A stretch of 64,000 nucleotides of DNA from Hypanus sabinus (Eukaryota). The stretch's first letter is position 1, and the number at the start of each line of letters is the position of its first letter. Below the pieces are notes generated by a model, which had not been told where the DNA came from, searched no databases, and saw only the letters and a list, made by a program, of their open reading frames with translations. Where the stretch lies: positions 93,744,001 through 93,808,000 of the forward strand of contig NC_082714.1 of NCBI RefSeq assembly GCF_030144855.1. The letters run 5' to 3'. Shown here piece after piece: positions 12,770 to 25,070 of the stretch. A program made the translations under genes and the position numbers.

Positions 12770-15700
12770 TCATGCCCTCATGGCATTACTAGAGGTCCCC
12801 AAAGCTTCTTGCAACACACAAAACCCAACCCAGGTGCAGAAAGCAGTGACATAACTACCCAGAGCAGTAGAAATCACACTCGGTTCTCCCGGTACCACAT
12901 ATGTCAACCGCTCCGGGGGGCGCCTAATCCTCTGAGATCTCCATACCCCTTCTGCCCCACTGGGCTCCCTCGTCACCTGCGAACCCACTGTCTCGGACAC
13001 CCCAGGTCTACCTGACAGACCCGCACCCCCTTCCTCACAGGGGTCCTCCCTCACCTGAGATCTCTCCGGCTCACGCTCGGGTTCCACCCTCTCTCCCACC
13101 AATGTAGGCTGCCTCTCCATCTGACCCTCAAGACCTTCCCTCCTCTCACCCAATTCAGTATGGTAAGGGCCAGGAGCCTCCTCTCCTGGTACTGGAGCAC
13201 CAGCGAATGGGAACAGGGCCCACTCATCTGAGTCGTCCTCCTCTAAATCGGTAGCCATTCCCGGGTGAGGGACCCGTCCCCGCTCTTCAGCAGCCGGCTC
13301 TTCCCGTTCTCCGCGCCCTCGCAGAGTCCTTGTACTGGGCGTAACCTCCCACTCGGGCTCCTTATCTACCTGCACCGCTTGGCCCAGTGACAGCAGGTGA
13401 TTCCTATGGAGTACCTTGATAGGCCTTTTTCCATCCTCAGGTTTCACCCGGTAAACGGGCAGGTTCGGCATCTGCCTCTCTATTACATAGGGGCTGGCCG
13501 CCCATCGATCTGCCAACTTGTGCTTACCAGGGAGTCCCAAATTCCGTAAAAGGACCCGGTCGCCCGGTAATAATTGTACAAACTTCACCTTTCGATCATA
13601 CCGCATCTTATTCTTCTGATTTTGTTTGGTAGCCGCCGCCTCGGCCAACTCGTACGCCCGCTGTAACTCCCTCTTCATGTCGGACACGTACTTCAGATGG
13701 GACTTCCCGGGAAATTCACCCACTCCACCTCCAAAACACACGTCAATGGGCAACCTCGCCTCCCGCCCGAACATCAGATAATAGGGCGAATACCCTGTAG
13801 CATCATTGCGAGTACAATTGTAACAGTGAACCAATTGTCCAATATGACGACTCCACCTGCTTTTCTGACCAATCTCCAGCGTCCCGAGCATATCCAACAG
13901 GGTCCTGTTGAATCTCTCTGGCTGAGGATCTCCCTGTGGGTGGTAAGGGGTAGTCCTGGATTTCTCAACCCCAAGCATAGTCAGTAATTCCTGGATAAGG
14001 CGGCTCTCAAAGTCCCACCCCTGATCACTATGGATTCGCCTGGGAAGGCCGTAATGCACAAAATACTTCTCCCATAACACCTTCGCCACAGTCGTCACCT
14101 TCTGATCCTTGGTGGGAAATGCCTGAGCATAGCGAGTGCAATGATCGGTGATGACTAATACATTCGCGGTGTTGTTGGTGTCAGGCTCAATCGACAGGAA
14201 ATCCATACATACCAGGTCCAGAGGTCCCGAACTCTGCAAGTGCGACAGTGGAGCCGCCAGCGCTGGCAGGGTCTTCCTCTGGATGCAACGACGGCATCCA
14301 CTACAGTATTCTTCGACGTCCCCCCTCATCCGGGGCCAGTAGAACCGTTCTTTGAGTAATCCATATGTCTTTTCCACCCCCAAATGTCCAGAATCATCAT
14401 GTAAGGCCTGGAGTACAGCCTCGCGATACTCCTCCGGCAGGACCAGTTGCCAACAGCGGGGTTGCTCCGGAGGTGTCGTTACCCGGTACAAGATTTTGTT
14501 CTTTAACTTCAACCGAGACCACTCCTTCAACAACAGAGGCACGCATGGGTGTTTCGCCTTCTCAGCCAACGCCCCATCCCCCTTCTCGACCGCTCTCCAC
14601 ACTGTGCCAATGCCCGGGTTATTTTGCTGAGCAGTTGCCACTTCCCCCGGACTCAGTTCCGGCAACTGTTTAGTCCCCAGTGCGGTCAGGTCACAGTAAA
14701 CTAGGGGTATGGCGTCGTCAAAAACCCCCAAATGGTCCACGGCTCGTCCCAGCCTCCCTCTTCCCTCGGCCTTCACGGTGATAACAAACTGACACATCGC
14801 CTTCACTCCAGGGGCAGGGACACTCTCCCACTCCTCGTCGCCTTCCTGCTCCCCCGGCTCCCGACGAGACAATGCATCCGCATCGACATTCTTGCTTCCT
14901 GGGCGGTACCTCAGGCTAAAATCATATACCGACAAGGCCACTAGCCACCGATGTCCTGTGACATCCAGCTTCGCCGAAGTCAAAATATAAGTGAGAGGAT
15001 TGTTATCCGTTCTCACCTCAAACTTGGCTCCGTACAGGTAATCGCCCAGCTTGTCCACCACCGCCCACTTCAGCGCCAGGAACTCCAACTTGTGAGTGGG
15101 ATAGTTTCTCTCCGTTGGCGACAAGCTTCGGCTGACAAAGGCTACTGGTCTTAATGCTTTGCCATGCTCCTGGTACAGAACAGCCCCGAGACCCTCTCGG
15201 CTGGCATCCGTGTGCAGCACATAGGGCTTCTGGGGATCGGCGAAAGCCAACACCGGGGCTTGGGTCAGTGCCCTTTTCAAAGATCGGAACGCCTCTTCAC
15301 ATTGATCATCCCATCTCGAGCCAAAAGGTTCCGCCGGGTTCCAGTATCCTCCAGCGTCCTGCCTCTGGTTCCCCTTCCTCTTCTTTCCCACCGGGGGATA
15401 GCCGCACAACAGCTGAAACAACGGGTGACACAATTTGGCGTATCCTTTCACAAATCGCTGGTAATACCCACAGAACCCCAAAAATGAGCGCAGAGCACCC
15501 ACTTTCTGGGGTCTCGGCCAGGTGGTCACGGCTTCTATCTTGGTTGGAACAGTAGCCACTCCCTCTCGCGAAATGATATGGCCAATGTAGTTAACCGACG
15601 ACTTGCAGAACTGGCATTTGTCCAGGGAAAGCTTCAACCTTCCTTCATTAAGCCGGCCCAACACCTTCAACAGCCTCTCCTCATGTTCCAGGCGTTGGAA

Positions 15701-16294
15701 CTCTGCTAAAAGCAGCCAGGGTTCCCCTGACAACCCAAACGCTCCCTCCAAAACTTCTAGGCATTCCTCCACTGAGGCCCCAGGCTTCTCAGCTTTCAAC
15801 TCCCGGACGGTTTTGGCTGCTAAACCCCTCAAACTTCCCACCAATCGCTGCCTCTTCTCCTCCTCCGAGCCTGGCCACTCCTCTAACATCAAAGACGTAT
15901 GCTCGATCCAGGTCCCATAGTCCAACTCCCCATCCGGAGTAGGCTTGGCTCCGGAGAACACCTTCAGCTTCAGCCGTGGCCTCTCGGGAATTCCCACCAG
16001 GGAATTAAGTGCGGCTGCCAGCTCCGAGGCTCCCACCCTACCTGGGGAGCGGGGCTTAGTCACGACTCCCTCCTCCCACCTCCCTTTACTAGTGCCGGGC
16101 ACCTCTCTGGGGTCCACCTCTAGCTCTAGCTCTTCCCCCGATGTCTCCTCAGCCTCATCCTTGTAGAAGGAGTGGAGCACCTCCTCCCACGATACACTGG
16201 CCGTCGCCGGCAGTCCCACCGTCCTGACTTCAGCACTCGTACGAACCAACACCCAGCTAGACTCTACCTCTTTACCACACCGTCCAGCTACCAA
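12770..16294 (-). CDS. Single 1174-aa ORF: PNMA-like Gag N-half fused in frame to late RT/RNase H and integrase; protease and RT catalytic core absent
   Basis: Gag RLKLKVFSG...DYGTWIEH; junction FQRLEHEERLLKVL; RNase H TDAS/KLEFLAL/TDNNPL/DADALS; integrase HDDSGH...CSGC, MDF, SDQG, PERFN; no D(S/T)G protease and no YxDD. The first codon used in vivo is uncertain. Confidence 0.9.
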   Translation of the reverse strand: MVAGRCGKEVESSWVLVRTSAEVRTVGLPATASVSWEEVLHSFYKDEAEETSGEELELEVDPREVPGTSKGRWEEGVVTKPRSPGRVGASELAAALNSLVGIPERPRLKLKVFSGAKPTPDGELDYGTWIEHTSLMLEEWPGSEEEKRQRLVGSLRGLAAKTVRELKAEKPGASVEECLEVLEGAFGLSGEPWLLLAEFQRLEHEERLLKVLGRLNEGRLKLSLDKCQFCKSSVNYIGHIISREGVATVPTKIEAVTTWPRPQKVGALRSFLGFCGYYQRFVKGYAKLCHPLFQLLCGYPPVGKKRKGNQRQDAGGYWNPAEPFGSRWDDQCEEAFRSLKRALTQAPVLAFADPQKPYVLHTDASREGLGAVLYQEHGKALRPVAFVSRSLSPTERNYPTHKLEFLALKWAVVDKLGDYLYGAKFEVRTDNNPLTYILTSAKLDVTGHRWLVALSVYDFSLRYRPGSKNVDADALSRREPGEQEGDEEWESVPAPGVKAMCQFVITVKAEGRGRLGRAVDHLGVFDDAIPLVYCDLTALGTKQLPELSPGEVATAQQNNPGIGTVWRAVEKGDGALAEKAKHPCVPLLLKEWSRLKLKNKILYRVTTPPEQPRCWQLVLPEEYREAVLQALHDDSGHLGVEKTYGLLKERFYWPRMRGDVEEYCSGCRRCIQRKTLPALAAPLSHLQSSGPLDLVCMDFLSIEPDTNNTANVLVITDHCTRYAQAFPTKDQKVTTVAKVLWEKYFVHYGLPRRIHSDQGWDFESRLIQELLTMLGVEKSRTTPYHPQGDPQPERFNRTLLDMLGTLEIGQKSRWSRHIGQLVHCYNCTRNDATGYSPYYLMFGREARLPIDVCFGGGVGEFPGKSHLKYVSDMKRELQRAYELAEAAATKQNQKNKMRYDRKVKFVQLLPGDRVLLRNLGLPGKHKLADRWAASPYVIERQMPNLPVYRVKPEDGKRPIKVLHRNHLLSLGQAVQVDKEPEWEVTPSTRTLRGRGEREEPAAEERGRVPHPGMATDLEEDDSDEWALFPFAGAPVPGEEAPGPYHTELGERREGLEGQMERQPTLVGERVEPEREPERSQVREDPCEEGGAGLSGRPGVSETVGSQVTREPSGAEGVWRSQRIRRPPERLTYVVPGEPSVISTALGSYVTAFCTWVGFCVLQEALGTSSNAMRA

Positions 16295-16486
16295 TTTCTA
16301 CCTGCCCAATACCCTTCACCGAACTTAAACCCTGCACTATCGAGTCTCCCGAAACTCGAAAATCTACTCCGCTCACTACACATGTGTACTGTACTGGTAC
16401 ATCTTCAAACTGGCACCAACAAACAAACTTATCTCTGTCCACCTCCGCTCTGCTGCCTGCGCGATTCCACAGCCCCTGACAATCCA

Positions 16487-16505
16487 ATCCGGGACGAGCA
16501 CCCCA
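16487..16505 (-). other. Primer-binding site resembling the tRNA-Pro complement
   Basis: TGGGGTGCTCGTCCCGGAT just downstream of the 5' LTR, versus canonical tRNA-Pro PBS TGGGGGCTCGTCCGGGAT. Confidence 0.65.
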
Positions 16506-16509
16506 CAAA

Positions 16510-17127
16510 TGTAACCCTTACCCAACAGGCTGGTATATGTCTAGGGGGAAAGGAGATCCAGCCACTCACCAACCCAACTCCCGTACACGCAGGTGCTGTG
16601 AGAATCGAGTTTTATGCCTCGCGCCAGCCAGCAGTATCAAACCCACAACAAATACCGTTATGACATACACTTTAAAGAGTTTACTAAAATTAAAAGAGTA
16701 GTAGGCAATACAATATATATATACAAGGGGAAAAACAAAAGGAGCCAACTTATCAAAGTTCAGTCTGTTTAGTGCACTCGTTGGAGCTCAATCAACGAAC
16801 CTTGGACCCCTCGTCGCTTGCCTCCGACCTCCACGTCTTCGCCCCTAGGACCACGCCCGGGGGTCTTCCGAGCAGTGCAGCGCACGTCCACCTTCCTCGA
16901 CGTCTTCCTCCCACCAAAAAAAGAAACCCGCGAAAACCCCTCCCCCAAGTTCCCAGCATCACAAGACACAATAACATTCCCCATTGATTAACAAATGAAT
17001 ACAATTACCATATCAGCCATTCTAAAGTGAAACAGCGGCGAGAGAAACACTTATCCGACAAAGAAACGTTCCTACTTGTAACAAACCAAAGAGGCCATTT
17101 TGAGTAACATACCCAGGACATTGTACA
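16510..17127 (-). repeat. Gypsy 5' LTR
   Basis: About 15 substitutions and about 4 small indels versus 12126-12748, counted by eye. Confidence 0.95.
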
Positions 17128-18188
17128 CAAAAATAGACTATTCAATAACATTTGGAAAAGACAAAGACATATTAAACACCTATGTATTTGGGACAATATA
17201 TGTAACTGAACATGCACCTATATATTGATCTGTTGATTTTGACCGACAGCCAAAGAATACTATTTGGAAACTAAACTCAAGTCTGCTCATTGATCCCTAT
17301 TTTAAGGAACAAATTAAAAAAAGAAATTGGTCTTTACTTAGAATTCAATGATAATGGAGAGGTTTCACCTCCCATCTATGGGATACTCTGACGGTCGTTT
17401 TAAAAGGGAAAATTATATCGATAGCTTCATATAAGAAAGCAATAGAAATGAAACCTTAGGGGAATTACAAAATAGGCCTAAGAATCGTGAAAAAAAATGA
17501 ATTTGCACAGGATTCATTAGAGGAAATTTGAATAATTAGGAATGAAATCAATATTTTGGCTCCGCAAGACGTCAGGAAAAATTTAATGTTTCTGAAACAG
17601 AGACATTATGAAAGTAAATCTAAATCTATGAAAATACTGGAGTGGAAACCGAAAAAAAAGCAGAAAATACAATTCAAAGAATTAGGAATCCAAGAACAAC
17701 AATGATAAAAAGAAAATAAGTTAAATGAAATTCAAGAAACTTTTGAAGTGTTTTACAAAACTCTATATTCCAAAGTTCCAGTGGAAAAAAAGCCACATTG
17801 ACACATTCCTGAAAGCTCTACACTTCCCCACTTTAAGCAAAGAACAAAATAGAACGATGACTGCTGACATAACTGAAGATGAATTATAAGCTGCAATTAG
17901 TAGGGTTAAGTTAAGCAAGTCACCAGGATCAGATGCGTATATGGCAGAGCGGTACAAAGAATTTAAAAATGAGTTAATTTCTGTCTTACTCCCCACACTG
18001 AACTGGGCTCTGAAAAAGAAACAGATGCCACTCAGCTGGAAGGAAGCGATGCTCTCAGCTATAGCGAAAGAAAGCAAGGATAAAATGGAATGCGGGTCAT
18101 TTAGACCAATATCCGTTCTTAATATAGATTATGGATTATTTACCTCCATCATGGCCAAACGATTAGAAGAGTTTCTACCCATACCGAT

Positions 18189-19067
18189 TCTTACATACCC
18201 TGTGGGTGTTTTGTGACTGTCTTATAACCAGGATGTAATTGACTATCTGGTGGGCATGGTGTAATGCTGTTTTAAAGGTGGGATGATGTAATTTCCCGCA
18301 GTTCGAGGTCACGTGACGACCTGTTCCAATAGGTATAAATCGGAAAGCCTGCTGTGACGCAGGAGATTATTGTGTTGAGACGTCATTAGTTTCTCCGTTA
18401 TGCTGCGTATTTGTTTTCATGACGCAGTTTCGATTTAAAATTGAGTTTTAATTTCTACTTTAAGAGTTTCAGAGTTTATTGCCTGCAGTTTCCAAAACGC
18501 TGCCAGTTGTGGCTTGATTTAATTTTAAAGTCGAAGTATTGGAGAATGAAGATTGTACCGAAGTACGGGAACCCGGAAGGATCCAGTAAAGTTGGTGTCG
18601 TCGGCCTTTAAATGCAGGATTTATTGTTCTTCGTTCAAAGAAGCAGTAAATTGTAAACTAGATAACCCCTGCATTGTAGTAAGATCAGAAAGGGTTGGGA
18701 GCAGCTTTATTCTTTCAAGGAAACGTCAGTTCCTTTAAGCCGTTTTTATTTCATTCTTCGTAAAACCTTCGGGTAAAGCATATTTCGGCTGTGATCACCA
18801 GTAACGTCACATCGTCGATGAATTCATTTAATCAGGAAAGTCTCTCCTAATTGACTTTCGCATATGCCAATTTAATAACCATGTTCGCATTTACCGCTTT
18901 AAGAATTGTTCAAGTTGACGTATAGCAGTTAACTTCCGGTTAAGTTAGTTGTTTTTTTACTTTTCATTTTTTATTGAGCAGTGTTTTATAAATGTTAAAT
19001 TTGTTTATAAAAAAAACCTGTCTCAATTCTATATTCATTGTTGACAGAGGCCGACCGTAGCATAACA
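18189..19067 (+). mobile_element. Solo LTR inserted in L1 ORF2
   Basis: T(C)TTACA...CATAACA termini; CCGAT/CTGAT flanks (5-bp TSD, one mismatch); L1 sequence resumes; related to 63088-63962. Confidence 0.75.
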
Positions 19068-22000
19068 CTGATACCTAACGATCAGACAGGTTTTGTACAA
19101 CAACGCCAAACACAAGACAATACACGAAGGACAGTTCACATTATGGATAATATAAAAAAGAAATCGAAGCAATAGTGATAAGTGCAGACAGCTGAAAATG
19201 CATTTGAATCGGTCGATGGGAATTTTCTTTACAGAGTTTTACATAGATCTGATTTCCATGACTCAATTATTAAAACTGTACAAGCACCATATGACAACAC
19301 TACTGTTAGGATTAAAATCAATGGATATTTATCAAAAAGCCTTACCCTAGAAAGTGGCAAGAGAGAGGGTTGTGCATGGTCACCGCTAGTCTTCGTATTA
19401 TATCTAGCTCAAAACATCAGACGAAATGAAAATATCGGGTGAATTACTATTAAAGGGACAGAACATAAATTGGCCTGTTATTACATTTTGACCTCTCTAG
19501 GGCAAGCAACATACTCTTTACCTAAATTGATACAATCCTTTGAACAACTTGCTCAATTATCAGGATACAAGATCAAAATAGATAAAACTCACTTACTTTC
19601 ATATAACTATAGCCTACCAAGAGAAATGGGAAGTAAATATCGCAGGGTATGGCAGAGTCTTTCAAATATTTGGGCATCCTTTTGCCAAAAGATGTGGCAA
19701 AATTATCATAATGCAATTATCAGCTTATATATATTAAAAATTAAGTTAGTTATAACAAGATGGAACCTAGTTATTTTTTAAAATTTTTGTTCAATGATTG
19801 AATCTTTTAAAATGAATATACTGCCCAGACTATTATAACTCTCTCAAACACTACCAATAGATATTAATCAAAATCAATTCAGTGAATGTAACAAGATGTT
19901 ATCGAGCTATATTTGGCAAGGTGAAAGGCCCAGAGTTCGTCTCACAACATTGCAATCAGCCAAGGAAAGGGGGGATGGGCCCTATCTTCTCTCAGAGATT
20001 ATTATTTTACAGCACAATTGAGAGCTTTGATGTTTTGGGGCAACCCTTCATATGACACTCAATGGAAAAAACTTTCAGGATGCGGGTACTTCCGATCCCC
20101 ATACAGGCAATTTTGGATGATAACAACCTACAGAGGTTCATAAATACTATTGGTAACCCAGGGGTGAAATGGACTCTTAAAATATGAAAACGTATTATAA
20201 AAGAATGCAAACTAGAGAGAGATATTGCAATTCTTAAATGGTGTACAAATGACTCAGATTTTATGGCGAATAAGTTGGATGCTAGATTTCAGGACTGGAA
20301 AGCTAAAGGAATAATAGTTCTTTGCAATATAATGAAAGAAGGAACACTGTTCAATTTTGAAATGCTTAATTAAAAGGTAACACTTGTTAGAAAAGCAGGA
20401 CATTTATCGGTATTTACAGGTGCGACAATATGTTAATAGGACGGTTAAAATGCAACTAAGGCAAGTACATGTTTGACAGAGCAATTTAGGAAAACATCTG
20501 ATTCAGATAACGATAGTAGAATCATTTCAAGCGTGCATAAGGGCTGGTCAAATCATAAAACACATTCGACTTCATACATTAAAACTAAATGGGAGAAGGA
20601 CGGAGGGATAATTATGTCTGAGGAAGAAAGGACAGCAATATACAGATATCAATTGAAAGTGTACCAGTTCACAGAAATGGAGGGAGTTCTGAAGGAAAAA
20701 CTTGATAAGTTATATTATTACATATTCTCAGAAATTCCATCATGATAGTAATCTCCCTGTTTGCTGGAGAAATTGTGGAAATCTAACTGCAAACCATTAT
20801 CATAATTACTGGGAATGCCCCGTTATCAAAGGTGATTGGAGTGGGATTCACACTGCCGTAGAATACATCTTCAAATATGAAATACCCTTAGAAAGTAAGA
20901 CCATATATTTTGGGTCGAAAAGAGATCAATATTCAATGAATATACTGTCTGGTGACTGTTAAAAAGACTTTGAATAGGAAATGGCTATCAAGGGAGATCC
21001 CAACTTTAAATTCATGGATGGAAATTACAATGGATATTTCCAAATGGAGAAGATATCAGCAACTGTTAATTATAATTTGGAACAATTTGATTCATACTGC
21101 GAAAATGGTTTAACTACATAACACCTCATAGGCCTGACTTTATTCCCTCAAATCAATGAATATGTTGTAAAAAAAGATCACTCCCCACTTGTACATAGTT
21201 TTCTCATTTCGTTTGTTCTTTGTTTTCTATAAGTGTATACCTCAGATAAATATTATGTGGAGTTTTGTGGCATATATGACTGTATGATAATTATGTACCA
21301 TATCTGAAATACATCTTATGGAAATTTTTGTTTGAGATGAACTTCAATAAAATAATTTACAAAAAAGGCACAGAATATGCTTCAATCACAGAATCAATGT
21401 TTGTCATAATAAATGAGCCTGTACAAGTCTTGTTAATCCCAGAGCGTCAGGTCTTGAGTCGTTCAAAGGATTTCAGGTTGACCCAAGAGTCGGTACGCTT
21501 TGGTCCAACGAGCTAGAAACCAGTCGGATTATCATCTGCGGGCAGAGGAGGATGCACCTCAAGGGAGGCATGAAGGATAGGCGCTTGGGACTAGAATATA
21601 TACAAAACATTGTCAATTAAAGTTATCGCACAGCATAATCTACCATTGTTTAGTGGAGTCCCGACTGTGCCGACTTTCCATTTCGAGACACCGCCTTAAA
21701 TAACTCAAGCACATTCGTAAAATATGGCTCCCGTTTTATCTGACTCCGCTCATTCCCATCATTTTTGTATCGAATATCAAGTTTGTGCATCTTAGATAGG
21801 TGCTCAGACAGCGTCCGTACCTAAGCCATCCTGCCGTCTCCCTGACTTATCACCGATTGAGGATTGTGTCCCCGTGTATTGAAAGAACATTATCTGACCA
21901 ATTTATAGTTTGTTACGGAAATGTCTTATACGTCCGAATATGACAGTAATCCCTAGTATACCAGCAGTCGGTCTATACTGATAGTTGCTAATTACTTCAC

Positions 22001-22479
22001 ATTTACCACTGCCTCTCACTGCGTCATGACTTCCTTATGCATTTCCCAATATTACATTCCCCCGCTCCCACTAAATGAGAATAGTTCCCAAGTACACAAA
22101 CCATCCAGTCATGGAATTGTATATATTGAGTAAAGCAAAATATTTTAAGGGTTACCAAGTTCCTAAAGTCTGCAGAGGGTTAGAGAGGGCATGAATGGTT
22201 CAATGCATCTACGAGGAGATATTGAAAGATTAAGTGGAGAGTCCAACTCGTCCTAGGTTTGGGAATGTAACAATTGATTTTAAGATAGTCATAACTGAGG
22301 AGTGGAGTGGAGCATTGAGTGCATTTCCGGTTGTCCGATTATAGTAAAAAATAACTGTGGAGAGTGCGCAGAAGAGATGCAGAACGATGCTGCCATGGTT
22401 AGTGTTATGAATTATAAGTAAACGTTAAACATCCTTGGGTTCTTTTTTAAACAAATATGAAAAATACACTACGATAGGC

Positions 22480-22830
22480 TAGCAAATTGAAACCAGGACA
22501 ACTCAAACACATTACAGGATCCTGCATCAGTGTACTCAGTCGGGTTACTCACAGAGGCACATTGAAATGGCAAACATCATTCACCAAAAGCGTGCTCTTG
22601 AAGTACAAACTCGTGAAAAGTACCTCCGTTTACTATAAATACAAGCCATATCCAGTTTTAGGGCCAGTGTCCTGCAAATTGGATTATGGCAGACACCTCA
22701 TTCCTGATAGGACAATTTTTGTTAACTTCCTGGATATAATATTAAAGGAAAATAAAACAAGAACAACTTACTTAATATATGCAGCCACTCGAAGCACAGA
22801 TAACACACATAATTGAATAAATGAAAAACA
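22480..22830 (+). mobile_element. R4/Dong/Rex6-like non-LTR fragment (zinc knuckle to restriction-like endonuclease)
   Basis: ORF 22487-22816: KHITGSC...YKYKPYPVL...IPDRTI...DIILKENKTRTTYLI. Confidence 0.6.
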
Positions 22831-23639
22831 CCACATATATGCTGATTAAAGGAAGAAATTTTAAGTCTGAAAGTCATGAACAGCGAATTCATGTTCTGAT
22901 ATAATAGCTACAACTGGTATCATTTCATCGTCACTGCACAAAGGCATTAAAGATTAAGCATACAAAGCATCAGTGATGATGGAACACTAAACTCCACCTT
23001 GAGAATTGGGCGTGCTTGGCTCTGCCTGTAGCTCATATCTTAACGGGTTGAGCTGAGAAAAAAAATAGTGATAAGAGTTCAGATTTTCAGTAAAAAAATG
23101 CCATCATCATCGTTATTATGTGCCGTGTCCTACCTAGCCGTTATCAATAATCTTCAGAGATTGCCTGGCGTAGGTGTGCGTATAAACAAGACTCCTGATA
23201 TGCATCAGCTGTTGATACTATCATCCATAAGCTGATGGCTTCACAACCCTTATTCGGACCTAGGCAGGTGCTACCACTTGCTTAAAGCTGACCTGCATGC
23301 TGGAGGTGGGAAAGAGTACCTTAAACCTCATTTGCTCGAGACATATGTCCACCCCACCACCTAAAGTATAAATATGACAATGGCATTGAACACTTTCGCT
23401 GTACCAGTATTAACTTATTCATTTGGCATCATACCTTGGTTCGAAACCGATGTGGAAAAGTTAAGAAGGAAAAAAAAGAACTGAAAGTGACTAATCTCAG
23501 AAAACAATATGAATGCTTGAACGCACTTACAGTAACACTACCTTGGACAGAAGGAGGAAGAGTAATATGGACATTAAAATACACAACCGTTAGATATAAC
23601 TTTTAAGGATATACTTTCATCAACGAAAAGAGGAGTCAG

Positions 23640-24430
23640 CACTCCACGCTAGCATGTGCAATACTGCTAGCAGATACAAACCACTAATCTTCAAGGAAAA
23701 CACAACCCAGAAAGATGAGGAAATTGTCAGCACAGAAGAACAATTTAACCAATTGAGGAGCATGAACCTCCATGGAACACTTCCCACGATCGGAGCAGAG
23801 TAGACGTCGACAAAGAATCGTCGAATGCCTGACTCGAAGATGAAGACCGCTTCCCAGGAACTGAGGAACTCTTTGTGGCATAAATGTCGACTACACCAAG
23901 AGGAACCAGGAATATTCCAACACTTTACAGGTCTCTGTAGCAGCCTAACTCAGTCTTGCTACCTATCCCGGCACAATCAACTGACAAACATCATTCACTG
24001 GAATCTCGCTCGCGAAACCAAACTCATTAAAAGACACTGTACCCTACCATCAATGCAAACCTGATTCGGTTTTCGAGTCGGAAACCTTCAAATTATATTA
24101 TGACTGAACAAGAGAAAATCTGCAGACGCTGGAAATCAAAATAATGCACACAAAGTGCTGATGAAGGGACTCGACTGTGTACTCTTTTCCATAGATGGTG
24201 CCCGGCCTGTGGAGTTACTCCAGCATTTTATGTGTATTACTATCTGATGACTGATCCTTTATTACTGAATTGCCGATCCATAATATCCGACTGGATACAG
24301 TGTTATAGGACAAATAAGCAAATAAACCACTCCAAGCTCTGATAACATACAGAAATTAATGCGTGAAAATCATGAGATGCATGCTAAATTAAAAGAGGAA
24401 AATGTAAGTCTATGGTACATGAACAGGGTA
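23640..24430 (+). mobile_element. Second R4/Dong/Rex6-like fragment
   Basis: ORF 23825-24064: KCRLHQEEPGIFQHFTGLCSSLTQSCYLSRHNQLTNIIH. Confidence 0.65.
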
Positions 24431-24969
24431 TACTATCTACAGCATTGAGAAGTAAGCGTGCTTGATTATGCCCGTACTTCTTAGTTTATCAGTTTGAGCT
24501 CAGAAAAAAGTGAATGTGATCAGATCTCAGTAGTAACACTTTCCCAATAGTAATATCTACAACTAGTTAATCCTTCAGTCACTACACAATAGGATTAACC
24601 AATTAAGCCTACATAAAAATATTTCTATAAATCCTCCGAAAGCAATAATGCAAAATACCTCTAGAAAGTTTTCCAGCAATTGAGAAATAAATGTGCCTAT
24701 CTCAGGTTTTACCGGTGTGAGCTAGGAAAAAAATATAACAACAATAATAGTAGAAGCAATATGCACAGAGACACCACTAACAGAGGGAAACGCATTTTCC
24801 AGACATCCCATCCGTCAGGGACTTCAGTCTAACTTGCCCCATTTCCTGCCACAACTAAGTTCTGCGTCCACTCTACTAAACCCATTGGCTACAATTATAA
24901 CACAGAGCCGAAAAAAAGGGACGGCGGTAACTATTCGTAGTTATATAGATATGCCAGGAAAAAGCGAAC

Positions 24970-25070
24970 CGTCAGCAGATCTACGTTCTTTAGGTTAAGG
25001 ATTCAAGAAAACATGAAGATAACCAGTATGACAAGGAGCTCAAGAAAGATCGCTCTGTGAAGATACCAGC
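24970..25070 (-). pseudogene. Transmembrane exon of - strand V-C1 receptor pseudogene
   Basis: Acceptor ttctctttctctag; phase-1 reading WYLHRAIFLELLVILVIFMFS*ILNLKNVDLLT with an in-frame TGA; donor position uncertain. Confidence 0.6.

Larger units (their letters stand above)
12126..17127 (-). mobile_element. Ty3/Gypsy LTR retrotransposon, internally deleted, 4-bp TSD CAAA
   Basis: Two ~620-bp TG...CA LTRs; CAAA at 12122-12125 and 17128-17131; PBS, PPT and long ORF between the LTRs. Confidence 0.95.
9960..21366 (+). mobile_element. Near full-length degenerate L1-clade LINE, interrupted by a Gypsy element and a solo LTR
   Basis: ORF1 motifs LEGRSRWKNIRIY and EIERAHRAL...PRSVVIRFLRY (10261-10698); endonuclease start ...FISFNVNGLL (~11550); HPVYTK|IDY split by the Gypsy; RT region 17763-19780; CWRNCG...HNYWEC knuckle (20702-20962); AATAAA plus A-tail 21346-21366. 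Confidence 0.9.

Noticed and set aside
21440-21545. - strand acceptor followed by LVSSSL/SVPTL, imagined as decayed ITIMs of the pseudogene
   Set aside because: Requires assuming mutations to create each Tyr; no independent support.
21820-21870. HPA-x-SPDLSPIE-like Tc1/mariner motif
   Set aside because: Needs a frameshift and is too short to call as a feature.
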